Of a stretch of DNA of 47,790 bases, positions 26,766-35,518 are shown piece by piece. The stretch's first letter is position 1. Every line of letters begins with the position of its first letter. The position numbers and the translations under genes are program-made. The stretch is from positions 1-47,790 of the IMG/VR virus record IMGVR_UViG_3300005512_000058. The stretch is one strand, 5' to 3'. A model generated the notes under the pieces. That model worked only from the letters and a program-made list of their open reading frames with translations, had not been told where the DNA came from and searched no databases. The DNA comes from a virus. Lineage: Duplodnaviria > Caudoviricetes.

Positions 26766-27869
26766 GTGGCCACCCTTCCGACCTGGCAGGAGCTCTACGA
26801 CGCCGCCCGCACCGAGGTGCAGGCACGCAACGCCGAGCTCACCGACTGGACCGAGGGCTCCGTCCTCGACGCCCTCACGGGTGGCGGAGCGGTGCTCGCT
26901 GACGAGGTGATCCGCGTCCTGGTGGCCCTGTTCGCGGCGCAGTTCGTGGACACGGCCTCTGGGTCCGATCTCGACGCCCTGGCCGCGGACCGCTTCGGTC
27001 TCTCTCGCAATGCTGCCTCGTCCGCGGTGGGCACCATCACCTGGACCCGCGACGCCGCCGGCGCCTACGCCATCCCAGCGGGCACCCGGGTGCGGGCCAC
27101 GGTCAACGGCCAGTCCGTCACCTTCACCACCGACTCCGACGCCTCCCTGGGGGCCTCGGACAGCTCGGTAGACATCGACGTCACCTGCTCCACCACCGGC
27201 CCCACCGGCAACGTGGCCGCGGGCACCCTCACCACGGTGGTGGACACCGTGGTCGCCGACCCCTCGGCCACCATCACCAACGCCGAGCGCGCCACCGGCG
27301 GAGCTGTCGAGGAGACCGACGCGGCCTTCAGGGACCGGATCCGCAGGTACTTTACCAGCCTGCGCAAGGGCACGGTGGAGGCCCTCAAGGCGGGCGCCCT
27401 ATCCGTGGCTGGCGTGTCCTACGCCACCGTGAACGAGAGCTACATCGACCCCGACGACGGCGGCTATGTGGCCGTCTACGTGGGCGATCCCGACGGCCGA
27501 GGCAACACCGCTCTGGCTGCCCTCGTGGAGACCGAGCTGGAGGACTGGCGAGCGGCCGGCGTCTACGTCCAGGTCCTCGCCGCGGCTCGCGAGGAGGTCT
27601 CCCTGGCCCTCACCCTGCGCGTCACCCGAGGCGCAGACACGGCCACCCTGGCCGCCAGCGTGCGCGCTGCCGTGCTGGCCTACACCGACCAGCTCGACCC
27701 CAACGAGACGCTCTACCTGAGCCAGGTGGAGCACGCAGCCCTGGGTGTGTCCGAGGACGTCCTCGACGCCGAGGTGACCAGCCCCACCAGCAACGAGACC
27801 CCCAGCAGCCCCCAGAACGCGCTCCGCGTGGCCGCGGGCGACCTGAGCCTGACCTGGGTGGAGGTGTAG
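26766..27869 (+). CDS. Baseplate J-like protein
   Basis: TASGSDLD, IPAGT, GNV.AG, GG...ETD..FRDRI and GT motifs. Confidence 0.9.
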   Translation: MATLPTWQELYDAARTEVQARNAELTDWTEGSVLDALTGGGAVLADEVIRVLVALFAAQFVDTASGSDLDALAADRFGLSRNAASSAVGTITWTRDAAGAYAIPAGTRVRATVNGQSVTFTTDSDASLGASDSSVDIDVTCSTTGPTGNVAAGTLTTVVDTVVADPSATITNAERATGGAVEETDAAFRDRIRRYFTSLRKGTVEALKAGALSVAGVSYATVNESYIDPDDGGYVAVYVGDPDGRGNTALAALVETELEDWRAAGVYVQVLAAAREEVSLALTLRVTRGADTATLAASVRAAVLAYTDQLDPNETLYLSQVEHAALGVSEDVLDAEVTSPTSNETPSSPQNALRVAAGDLSLTWVEV

Positions 27870-27870
27870 G

Positions 27871-28473
27871 GTGGCCCGCTCCACTGCCACGCTCCTGGAG
27901 CAGCTCGAGCGCTTCCTGCCGCCCGAGTACGAGGGCCTCCGGCCCGTGCTCGCCGGCATGGCTGCCGCCATGGCCGAGGCCGAGAGCGCCGGCGACGACC
28001 TGGTGGACGAGGTCACCGTCTCGGGGGCCGATGGGATCTGGCTCCAGCTCCTCGCCAAGGGCTACGGCCTGAGCAAGGGCTATGGCGAGTCCGACGCCGA
28101 GCTCCGCGCACGCCTCCAGAGCCCCGAGGACCAGCTCACGCGAGAGGCCATCCTGGCCGTGGTCAACGATCTGCTCTCCACCTACACCGCCACCGAGGCG
28201 AGCATGGTGGAGTGGTTCGAGGGCCCAGCCGTCGATGTGGACGCCTGGTGCGACCTCTCTACCATCGTCGACCCCTCCAACCGCTTCGTGCTCGAGCTGC
28301 CCCTCGTCGGGGACTTCCCGCACCTCGGAGCCGCGATCGACCTCGACGCCTACGCCGACGTGGACGCCTGGCTCGGCACCGGCATCGAGCACCCCATCTA
28401 CGCCACCATCTGGGCCGCTGTGGACCGCCTCCGGGCGGCTGGCGTCCAGTGGTGCCTCTTCGTCGACCCATGA
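27871..28473 (+). CDS. Baseplate wedge (gpI-like) protein
   Basis: A.G.WL..L...YG...GESDAELRARL; follows the J-like gene. Confidence 0.7.
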   Translation: MARSTATLLEQLERFLPPEYEGLRPVLAGMAAAMAEAESAGDDLVDEVTVSGADGIWLQLLAKGYGLSKGYGESDAELRARLQSPEDQLTREAILAVVNDLLSTYTATEASMVEWFEGPAVDVDAWCDLSTIVDPSNRFVLELPLVGDFPHLGAAIDLDAYADVDAWLGTGIEHPIYATIWAAVDRLRAAGVQWCLFVDP

Positions 28474-28494
28474 CCCCTCTCCAGGGAGAGCCCC

Positions 28495-29928
28495 GTGCCC
28501 ACTGACCCCCTCGAGCAGCCCGGCGGGCAGGTCCTCTGGACCACCAACGAGCTCATCACCTCCGACGATCTCAACCGTATGGGGCCCGTCGCGGCGGCCT
28601 CGATCTTCGATCTGGTCCTCGGCAGGCTCTTCTTCGAGGATCAGGAGGACGCCTCCTTCTCGGGCGTCTTCGGCGACGGCCTCCAAGTGACCCTCGTGTC
28701 CGGCCTCCAGGTCCAGATCGGGACCGGCTGGGGGATGTACGAGGACACGACTGTCACCGACGCCTTCGGGGTGGTCTACCGGCCCGTGGTGCTCTCCACG
28801 GCCGAGAATGAGACCCTCGACGCGCACGACGCCAACCCGCGCATCGACGTGATCTCCATCGGCCCGGCCACCGAGGACGACGAGGCCGCCTCCCGATACT
28901 TCAAGAGCGGGGGCTCGGCCTCGGTCTCCAGCGTGGACACCCGGCGCGTCTGGTCCTCGACCATCACCGTCACCAAGGGCACGGCCGCGGCCTCCCCTAC
29001 GGCCCCCTCCACCCCCTCAGGGCACATCAAGCTCGCTGAGATCGACGTCCCGGCCACCTCGGGCGCCATCACCATCCGGGACCATCGCCCCCGGCTGCAC
29101 TTCGGGCAGCAGGCCCTGTGCGTGCCCCCGGCCGAGTACATGACCAACTTTGTGCCCGGATCTGCCACCGAGCTCCAGGTGAGCGCGAGCTCGCCGGCGG
29201 CCATGACGGTGGAGGTCGCAGCCGGCGAGGCCGACGTCCAGGGCCACCGCTACCGCTACCCTGCGGAGACGCTGACCGTCACCGCAGCCGACCCGACCAA
29301 CTCCCGCATCGACATCGTGGTCGCCGACGCCGACGGGACGCTCTCCGTCACTGCCGGCACCCCGGCGGCCTCGCCGACGGCGCCCACCCCTGCCGCAGAC
29401 CAGGCGATCCTGGCTACCATCCTGGTCGCTGCGCTCGCGTCCTCGATTACCTCGGGCGTCATCACCGACAGCCGCAAGCGCGCCCCGGTGGGATCGAGCC
29501 AGGTGCAGGACGGCGCCCTGCTGGCGGCCAACCTCGCCGACGACGTCAAGCCCGTCTACCCGAAGCTCACCTACGTCTCGGGCGGCGGCTACGGAGCGGC
29601 GGCGGTCTACTCGCTCCAGATCACCGACGGCGACGGCAACTCCGTGGAGCGCCAGTGCGACGTGGTGGTGACCCTGCGCGACAGCACCTACCAGCACATT
29701 GGGGCGGGCTCACCCTCCGACCTCGCGGAGACGGGCGGCGGGTCCGAGCTCGCAGCCGGCACCAACGCCACCACGCTCCTGCTCCGGACCAGCGCTCTCG
29801 GCGCAGCAGCCATCACCGCCACGCCTCCCGGATCCACGCCTCCCGGATCCGGTCCCACCATCTACATGGAGGCCACGATCGTCGGGGAGGCTGGCGGAGG
29901 GGCTGACTACGTCTCCTGGACCGCCTGA
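28495..29928 (+). CDS. Tail fibre/minor tail protein with duplicated domain
   Basis: RID...GTxAASPTAPxxP..LA occurs twice; follows the baseplate genes. Confidence 0.7.
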   Translation: MPTDPLEQPGGQVLWTTNELITSDDLNRMGPVAAASIFDLVLGRLFFEDQEDASFSGVFGDGLQVTLVSGLQVQIGTGWGMYEDTTVTDAFGVVYRPVVLSTAENETLDAHDANPRIDVISIGPATEDDEAASRYFKSGGSASVSSVDTRRVWSSTITVTKGTAAASPTAPSTPSGHIKLAEIDVPATSGAITIRDHRPRLHFGQQALCVPPAEYMTNFVPGSATELQVSASSPAAMTVEVAAGEADVQGHRYRYPAETLTVTAADPTNSRIDIVVADADGTLSVTAGTPAASPTAPTPAADQAILATILVAALASSITSGVITDSRKRAPVGSSQVQDGALLAANLADDVKPVYPKLTYVSGGGYGAAAVYSLQITDGDGNSVERQCDVVVTLRDSTYQHIGAGSPSDLAETGGGSELAAGTNATTLLLRTSALGAAAITATPPGSTPPGSGPTIYMEATIVGEAGGGADYVSWTA

Positions 29929-30530
29929 TGGACATCGCCGTCGTCGTCGGCCACTCCGCCGACGCCAAGGGCGCCCGCGCCTGCGACGGCTCGTGGGAGT
30001 GGGACTGGATGCGCCAGCTCGGTCCCCAGGTGGTCGAGGCCCTCCGCCTGGAGGGCGTGGCTGCCGTCGAGATCCTCCGCTCGGCCGATCTCGATGGCTA
30101 CCGCGCCAAGATGCGCGACCTCTGCGAGCGCATCAACGCCGTCCATCCCAGGGCCGTGCTCGCCCTGCACTGGAACGCCGTCCCGGGCGACTGGAGTGGC
30201 ACCCTGGCCCTGCACTGGCCGGGCTCCGGGCGTGGGGAGCGCCTCGCTGCCGGCCTCTCCAGGGCCGCTGCCACGTCCCTCGGTCTGCTTGATCGAGGAG
30301 CAGTGCCCCAGGCGCGCTCCTGGGCGTCCTACGAGCTGGACGACCTGGGACGATCCCACCCCACTGGGCCTCTGCTCTACATCCTCCGGGACACCCTCGC
30401 GCCGTGTGCCGTGCTCGAGCTCGGCAACAGCGCCAACCCCACCGACCTCGCCGCCGTCCAGGCGGGCATCCAGTCCGGCGAGCTGGCCCTGGCTATCGCC
30501 CGTGGCTGTGCCGCCTGGCTGGGCCGCTGA
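29928..30530 (+). CDS. N-acetylmuramoyl-L-alanine amidase (Amidase_3), probable endolysin
   Basis: VVVGH, E, ALHWNA and AVLELG zinc/catalytic motifs. Confidence 0.88.
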   Translation: MDIAVVVGHSADAKGARACDGSWEWDWMRQLGPQVVEALRLEGVAAVEILRSADLDGYRAKMRDLCERINAVHPRAVLALHWNAVPGDWSGTLALHWPGSGRGERLAAGLSRAAATSLGLLDRGAVPQARSWASYELDDLGRSHPTGPLLYILRDTLAPCAVLELGNSANPTDLAAVQAGIQSGELALAIARGCAAWLGR

Positions 30531-30554
30531 CCCACCCCTCACACCGAGGCTCCC

Positions 30555-30836
30555 ATGGCCGCTGACCTCACCCTCACCCAGATGTACGAGTGCAAGGCCC
30601 TGGCCGGCGATGGCACCCAGCAGGAGGTGGCCCTCACCTCGTGCGAGAGGCTCCAGCTGGCCGCGGACGGCGGAGACGTCTACTACGCCTGGACCGACGG
30701 CGACATCGCCAGCGGCGACTACCAGATCGTCTGGGCGTCCACCGCCATTGAGATCCCCATCCCGGCCACCGTCGACACCATCTTCGTGCTGTCCGCCTCT
30801 GGGACCACGGCACGCTTCGACTCCTGGGACGCCTGA
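30555..30836 (+). CDS. Hypothetical beta-rich protein, possibly virion
   Basis: GAGG RBS and strong codon bias. Confidence 0.6.
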   Translation: MAADLTLTQMYECKALAGDGTQQEVALTSCERLQLAADGGDVYYAWTDGDIASGDYQIVWASTAIEIPIPATVDTIFVLSASGTTARFDSWDA

Positions 30837-31555
30837 TGGGACGCCGAGGCACCCCGCTCCCCAGGTGGATGGCCGCCGCGCTCGGTGACGCCTCGTCCAG
30901 CGGGGACCCCAACAGCATCCTGGCCGAGGCCCCTGCGAGCTTCGCCGCCCTCACCCTGGCCGGCGGCCTGGGCGGGGACTACTCCGACGCCATGACAGAC
31001 AGCCCCCTCGCCATGCAGGGGGCCTGGTGGATGGGCCGCGCCCGTCGCATCGACGGCAAGCCCGCAGTCGTGGGCGATGTCGAGTTCGGGCACGTGCGAT
31101 TCAGGCTGACCGAGGCCATCGGTTCCGGACTGGCCTCCGGGGCCGCCGGCTACCTCATGCTCGTCAACGCGAGCCTTCAGGGCTTCGGCGTGGGCATGTT
31201 CTACGACGGCTCGGGCAACCGGGAGATCCGCGCCTGTGGCACCACAGGCGCCCTCTGGGACCACTCCCCAGAGAGCTCCCCCCTGGCCACCCCCGTCCGC
31301 GTCCGCGGCTGCACCTACCCCTACGCGAAGTACGCGATCCACGCGCTCCCCGTGACGGGTCACAACGCGGCCGGCGGCCCCATCACCTCCCAGGCCGTCA
31401 TCCGCGCCCTCCTCCACCAGGTCGGCGATCTGGGCGACCCGGGCGATCCCATGTACTGGGCCCTCATCGTCGGCCGCGACACGACAGCCGGTGAGGCCGA
31501 GGTCGGCTGGACGGCCGAGTACAGCATCGCGCCGGACCTGGTGGAGGAGGCGTGA
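30836..31555 (+). CDS. Hypothetical protein
   Basis: Coupled ORF with strong codon bias. Confidence 0.65.
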   Translation: MGRRGTPLPRWMAAALGDASSSGDPNSILAEAPASFAALTLAGGLGGDYSDAMTDSPLAMQGAWWMGRARRIDGKPAVVGDVEFGHVRFRLTEAIGSGLASGAAGYLMLVNASLQGFGVGMFYDGSGNREIRACGTTGALWDHSPESSPLATPVRVRGCTYPYAKYAIHALPVTGHNAAGGPITSQAVIRALLHQVGDLGDPGDPMYWALIVGRDTTAGEAEVGWTAEYSIAPDLVEEA

Positions 31556-32379
31556 GCGGTGGCCCGATCTGGAGTGATCGCGTGGTGGGTCGGCGTGTCG
31601 TGCGCCTCCTGGCCGCCGGCCAGAGCCTTTGCGTGGGCGCCTCCGACCAGGTGCAGGACGGTCAGGCGGTCGGCGATGTGACGGTCGTAGACCCGGCCCC
31701 CAACCTCGTGAGCCGCCAGCGCGGCGTGCTCACCGACGACTGGCTCCCTCCGCCCGTGGCGTCCGAGGAGGTCTTCACAGGCTCGCGGGTCGAGACAGGC
31801 CCGTGGTCCGCCATCGCCGCGGCCCTGGCGCCTGCCCTGGTGTGGGTCATCGCCCAGGCCTACGGCGGCACCGGCCTGGACCCACGCGCCGACTACCTCG
31901 CCGAGGACCCGACCAACGCGGGCCGCTGGCACCCGGACGCGGGCGACCTCTACGCCCAGAGCATCACAGCCTGGGAGCGCGCGGGCCGGAAGCGCTTGGA
32001 CCTCGTCGTCTTCATCCAGGGTGAGCTTGACGCGGGCCTCTGGCAGGACGTCGAGATCACTGCCGAGGACGCGCAGGCCAGCTACCAGCAGGCCCTGATC
32101 GACATGGCCGAGGCCTACCACGCGACGACCGGCGCCAAGGTCATGGTGTGCCCGACCAGCCTCGGGCAGTACGCGGATCAGCCGGCCTACACGGCGATGG
32201 TGCAGCCCATCCACGACGCCCAGATCGCCGCCTGTGTGGCCCGCCCCAACATCCTGGTGCAGGGCCCGCTCGTGGATGACATCGAGCACATGGCCGAGGG
32301 CGATGCTCACCTCAAGGCCGTGGCAGAGCAGGGCGTCCGCATCGGAACAGCCATCGCCAGCTACCTGGGGCTGTCGTGA
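31552..32379 (+). CDS. SGNH-family (SASA/CE6-like) carbohydrate esterase
   Basis: AGQS (block I), GGT, FIQGE (block III) and DAH (DxH block V). Confidence 0.75.
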   Translation: MSGGPIWSDRVVGRRVVRLLAAGQSLCVGASDQVQDGQAVGDVTVVDPAPNLVSRQRGVLTDDWLPPPVASEEVFTGSRVETGPWSAIAAALAPALVWVIAQAYGGTGLDPRADYLAEDPTNAGRWHPDAGDLYAQSITAWERAGRKRLDLVVFIQGELDAGLWQDVEITAEDAQASYQQALIDMAEAYHATTGAKVMVCPTSLGQYADQPAYTAMVQPIHDAQIAACVARPNILVQGPLVDDIEHMAEGDAHLKAVAEQGVRIGTAIASYLGLS

Positions 32380-32723
32380 GCCCCACTCCCGTCTGTCCTG
32401 GAGTGACCGTGCCTGATCCCACCGTCTCCGCCGACCGCGCCCCCCCCACCCTGGACCTGCGCACCGTCGGCACCATCGTCGCCATCGTCGGCACCCTCCT
32501 GGCCCTGCTCGGCTCGGCCGGGACCTGGGCCTACGCCTCCGGCGTCCAGGACACCCGGATCGACTCCATCGAGCAGGCCTGCGAGGACCACCAGGTCGAG
32601 CTGGAGCGACGCCTCGATCGCCTGGAGGATGAGGTCGAGCCCGTCGGGCCCTCGCTCGCTCGCATCGAGGCCACCCTCGAGAGCATCGACAGGCGCCTCG
32701 AGCGCCTGGAGGAGACGCCATGA
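32376..32723 (+). CDS. Membrane-anchored coiled-coil protein (lysis cassette)
   Basis: One TM segment followed by a heptad pattern; the start codon is uncertain. Confidence 0.6.
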   Translation: MSPTPVCPGVTVPDPTVSADRAPPTLDLRTVGTIVAIVGTLLALLGSAGTWAYASGVQDTRIDSIEQACEDHQVELERRLDRLEDEVEPVGPSLARIEATLESIDRRLERLEETP

Positions 32724-32932
32724 GCGCCGTCCTGTCCCGCATCGGCTCCGCCCTTTACGCCCTGGTCGACTCCCAGCGCCAGGTGAGCTACCGCCGCCTG
32801 CTCGTCTTCGCGGTCGTCACCGGCCTGCTCGCCTTCGGCCTCGTGGGTGAGGAGACCTGGCTGTGGCTGGCCCTGGCCTACGTGGCCACCGAGGGCGCCC
32901 AGCGCATCGCGGAGACCATCCGGCCCGCCTGA
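32720..32932 (+). CDS. Putative holin
   Basis: 70 aa with two hydrophobic segments (SYRRLLVFAVVTGLL, WLWLALAYVATEG). Confidence 0.65.
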   Translation: MSAVLSRIGSALYALVDSQRQVSYRRLLVFAVVTGLLAFGLVGEETWLWLALAYVATEGAQRIAETIRPA

Positions 32933-32948
32933 CCCTCTGGAGGCCCCC

Positions 32949-33311
32949 ATGGCTGCCCTGTGGCTGTCCCTGCCTGCCCGCGTGCGTGCCACGCTCATCG
33001 GCCTCGGCGTGGGCCTTCTCGTGGGGGGGCTGCTCGTGGCTCTGTGGGCATGGCCCGAGGCCCGGGCGCTGATCCTGGCCGCGGTCGGGCTCGGCGGGGC
33101 AGGGGTCTACGAGACCAGCCGGCGACAGCGCGCCCAGGCCCTCCAGCCGCCCCCTGTGGCCCCCGTGGACGTGGTCCACACCGAGGCCAGGGGCCAGGTG
33201 GAGGACCGCCTGGAGGACGACATGGACCAGGTGGTCGACGCCCTGGACTCCGACACGCAGCACCCGGCTGAGGCTCTCGCCGAGCTTGGGCGCAGACGGA
33301 GGGGGCGATGA
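32949..33311 (+). CDS. Membrane protein (possible spanin-like lysis accessory)
   Basis: GGAGG RBS, two hydrophobic segments and a charged C-terminal tail. Confidence 0.55.
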   Translation: MAALWLSLPARVRATLIGLGVGLLVGGLLVALWAWPEARALILAAVGLGGAGVYETSRRQRAQALQPPPVAPVDVVHTEARGQVEDRLEDDMDQVVDALDSDTQHPAEALAELGRRRRGR

Positions 33312-33928
33312 TCCCGCTCGGGAACCGACAAGGATTCCTTGACGGTTCGAGTCGCTCATCTTCTCGATCCGGGACGACTGTCGTCTCGTACCGAGTGGGC
33401 GATTCCCCTATCGGGATCATGATGTTGCTCCTGATCGCGCTGTTTCCCGTCTCGGGAAACGCAACCGATCCGGGCAACGATCAGCCTGGGGCCGTGTTCG
33501 TGGATCATGAACAAGGCCAGATCCTGAACGGCGCCCCGTGGCTCCCAGGCCTCCCCGACGAGCCCGCCCCTCTGGACAACCAGTGCCCTCGCGAGGTGGC
33601 CCTGGTGCCCGGGCGCCCGGTGCCTGAGGAGCTGCTCGACGCAGACGGCCTGGTGCGCTGCTCCGGCGTCCTCGTGCCGACCTCCACCTACGCCTACCAC
33701 CTCCGGGTAGAGGCCTCCCACCGCGCCCTGGGCGACCTCTACCGCCTCGACGTGGGGCGCCTGGAGGCCGAGCTCGCCATGAGCGAGTGGAAGCTCGCTC
33801 AGCTGGACCAGCCGCTCCCATGGTGGGAGCGCCCCCAGGTGCAGCGGTGGGCGGGGCGACTCGAGGTGGGTGCGTCCGTGGCGCTCACCGCCTGGGCGCT
33901 CTCCGAGATCGGAACACGTCAGAACTGA
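33308..33928 (+). CDS. Putative exported/membrane protein (lysis accessory); alternative start at 33419
   Basis: ATGA coupling, a signal-like MMLLLIALFPVSGNA, and a C-terminal PWWERP plus hydrophobic tail. Confidence 0.55.
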   Translation: MIPLGNRQGFLDGSSRSSSRSGTTVVSYRVGDSPIGIMMLLLIALFPVSGNATDPGNDQPGAVFVDHEQGQILNGAPWLPGLPDEPAPLDNQCPREVALVPGRPVPEELLDADGLVRCSGVLVPTSTYAYHLRVEASHRALGDLYRLDVGRLEAELAMSEWKLAQLDQPLPWWERPQVQRWAGRLEVGASVALTAWALSEIGTRQN

Positions 33929-33990
33929 CGCGGAACACATCAGAACTGATCTGTTAGGCCCCAGAGCTGCCCACGACACATCAGAACTGA
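33910..33990. repeat. Phased palindromic repeats TCAGAACTGA
   Basis: Copies at 33919, 33940 and 33981, with a degenerate copy at 33961. Confidence 0.85.
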
Positions 33991-33998
33991 GCACTTGT

Positions 33999-34033
33999 GC
34001 CCCCGCTGGCTTCGGCCGGTGGGGGCGGTTTTC
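33999..34033 (+). terminator. Terminator between the convergent arms
   Basis: GCCCCCGCTGGC-TTCG-GCCGGTGGGGGC followed by GGTTTTC. Confidence 0.75.
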
Positions 34034-34045
34034 GTCGTCCTTGGG

Positions 34046-34306
34046 CTAGTCAGTGACGGTCGCGGTCCACTCACCCTCGTGGGTGACAGTCAGGACGACC
34101 TCGACCCAGAAGACCTCGCGGACGCTGGCGAGCACCTGGACCAGGCTGTCGGTGCGCATCCCGGTGGAGCCGCTGCTCCACCGCTGCCACTGGGCCTGCG
34201 AGTAGCCGAGCGCCTCGGCCAGGGCCCGCCCCGACAGGTCGGGGAACAGCCCGGCGACGGCTGCGATGGGGTTGGGGCCTGTCGAAGTTGATCCGATCTC
34301 GATCAT
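34046..34306 (-). CDS. XRE-family HTH protein
   Basis: LSGRALAEALGYSQAQWQRWSSG..MRTDSL. Confidence 0.75.
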   Translation of the reverse strand: MIEIGSTSTGPNPIAAVAGLFPDLSGRALAEALGYSQAQWQRWSSGSTGMRTDSLVQVLASVREVFWVEVVLTVTHEGEWTATVTD

Positions 34307-34488
34307 CCGTTCTCCCGGATGCTGATGGTGTGGACCTTGGTGCCCGTGCGAGACTCGTAGTCCTCGCAGTTGCGGGCGTGGTAGATGGCAGCCGCCTCGG
34401 CGTCGGGGGCGAAGAAGTCCCAGAAGCTGGTCATGCGCCCGATTCGGACGGCTGCGGTGTGGTAGTTCCAGCCGGAGATGTGAGTCAT
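34303..34488 (-). CDS. Hypothetical protein
   Basis: ATGA coupling at both ends. Confidence 0.55.
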   Translation of the reverse strand: MTHISGWNYHTAAVRIGRMTSFWDFFAPDAEAAAIYHARNCEDYESRTGTKVHTISIRENG

Positions 34489-34688
34489 GGCGCTCTCCAC
34501 TCGGCGACCTCTTCGGGGGTCATGCGGCGGACTTCGCGCTGGTCCCAGAGGATCCCGCTGTACCCGAGCGCGTCACGCGGCGAGCCCGGCTCCAGCGCAA
34601 CATGGCGCTGGCCGGGCTGGGTGGCGTGGTCCTCGCTGGGGTGCTCGTGGTCGCCGTTGACTGAATGCCCCCGGTTGTGTGGGCGCAC
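34485..34688 (-). CDS. Hypothetical protein
   Basis: Fills a gap in the operon; the start codon is uncertain. Confidence 0.4.
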   Translation of the reverse strand: MRPHNRGHSVNGDHEHPSEDHATQPGQRHVALEPGSPRDALGYSGILWDQREVRRMTPEEVAEWRAP

Positions 34689-34694
34689 AATGCG

Positions 34695-34880
34695 TCACTC
34701 GATCCCCATCTCGCGCATGGCCACCCCCTCGACGATGCGGATCAGCCGCTCCTCGAGGTCGGCGATGCGGGCGTGGGCTGCGGCGAGCTCGGTCTCACTG
34801 GAGCGCAGGGCCTCGGAGAGCGTGCGGATCGCGGCCTCCAACTCGGCGATGCGCATCCGGTCAGCGTGGCTAGCGCCCAT
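34695..34880 (-). CDS. Small coiled-coil protein
   Basis: GGAGG RBS; RIAELE and RIADLE motifs. Confidence 0.6.
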   Translation of the reverse strand: MGASHADRMRIAELEAAIRTLSEALRSSETELAAAHARIADLEERLIRIVEGVAMREMGIE

Positions 34881-35142
34881 CGGTCACCTCCCTGTCGCGC
34901 AGTCCGAGGAATACGCGCTCACCCAACGCCTCCTCCAGCCCAGCGCGCCATGACGGCGCAATGTGGGGTCCGCAGGCCACCAAGTAGCGGCGCACCTCGG
35001 TCTTGAGCCGCTCCACCTCGGCGCGGAGGCTGAGCACCTCCAGGGCGAGTTCTTGCGCCTCTCGCTCCAGCGGTGCCATCCATCCAGCCTCGTAGTCGGC
35101 CACCATCTCGTGCAGCCTATCAGTGTCCAGGTCACTCGGCAT
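34870..35142 (-). CDS. Hypothetical protein (MPSDL family, copy 2)
   Basis: GGAGGTGA RBS; LALEVLSLRAEVERL. Confidence 0.65.
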   Translation of the reverse strand: MPSDLDTDRLHEMVADYEAGWMAPLEREAQELALEVLSLRAEVERLKTEVRRYLVACGPHIAPSWRAGLEEALGERVFLGLRDREVTDGR

Positions 35143-35518
35143 CGTTCACCTCCATGCGGCGGCGGCGGTCCTCGCGAGCCAGCCACAGAGCCAGCCGTAG
35201 AGCCAGATCGCCCCCGTCGGTACTCGTCTCACCGACCAGGGCCAGCGCTGAACCCGCCCGACACGCCACCTCGATGAGCAGGCCAGCGGCCTCATCGCGC
35301 TCCGTCCGCAGCCGCTCCACCTCATCGCGGAGGTCGAGGACCTCCTGGGCGAGGTCTCGGCGCTGACGCCGCACATCGGTCTCCTCCCAGCACTTGTCGC
35401 AGTGCTCGGAGCCCAGCCAGCAAGAACCCCCCTTGGCGTGGTAGATGCACGGGCTCTGTGCCTCGTACTCGGCGCCTGCCAACTCCCGGAGCCGCTCGGT
35501 CGTCAGGTCACTCGGCAT
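35132..35518 (-). CDS. Hypothetical protein (MPSDL family, copy 1, with Cys-rich insert)
   Basis: GGAGGTGA RBS; LAQEVLDLRDEVERL. Confidence 0.65.
   Translation of the reverse strand: MPSDLTTERLRELAGAEYEAQSPCIYHAKGGSCWLGSEHCDKCWEETDVRRQRRDLAQEVLDLRDEVERLRTERDEAAGLLIEVACRAGSALALVGETSTDGGDLALRLALWLAREDRRRRMEVNDAE

Noticed and set aside
29820-29850. 15-bp tandem duplication CACGCCTCCCGGATC in the fibre gene
   Set aside because: It is an in-frame TPPGS x2 linker duplication with no sign of further function.
25567-29928. Diversity-generating retroelement or invertible fibre cassette
   Set aside because: I found no reverse transcriptase, invertase or TR/VR-like repeat pair.
33910-33990. Mini CRISPR array
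   Set aside because: The 20-21 bp period leaves no room for spacers, and no cas genes are present.
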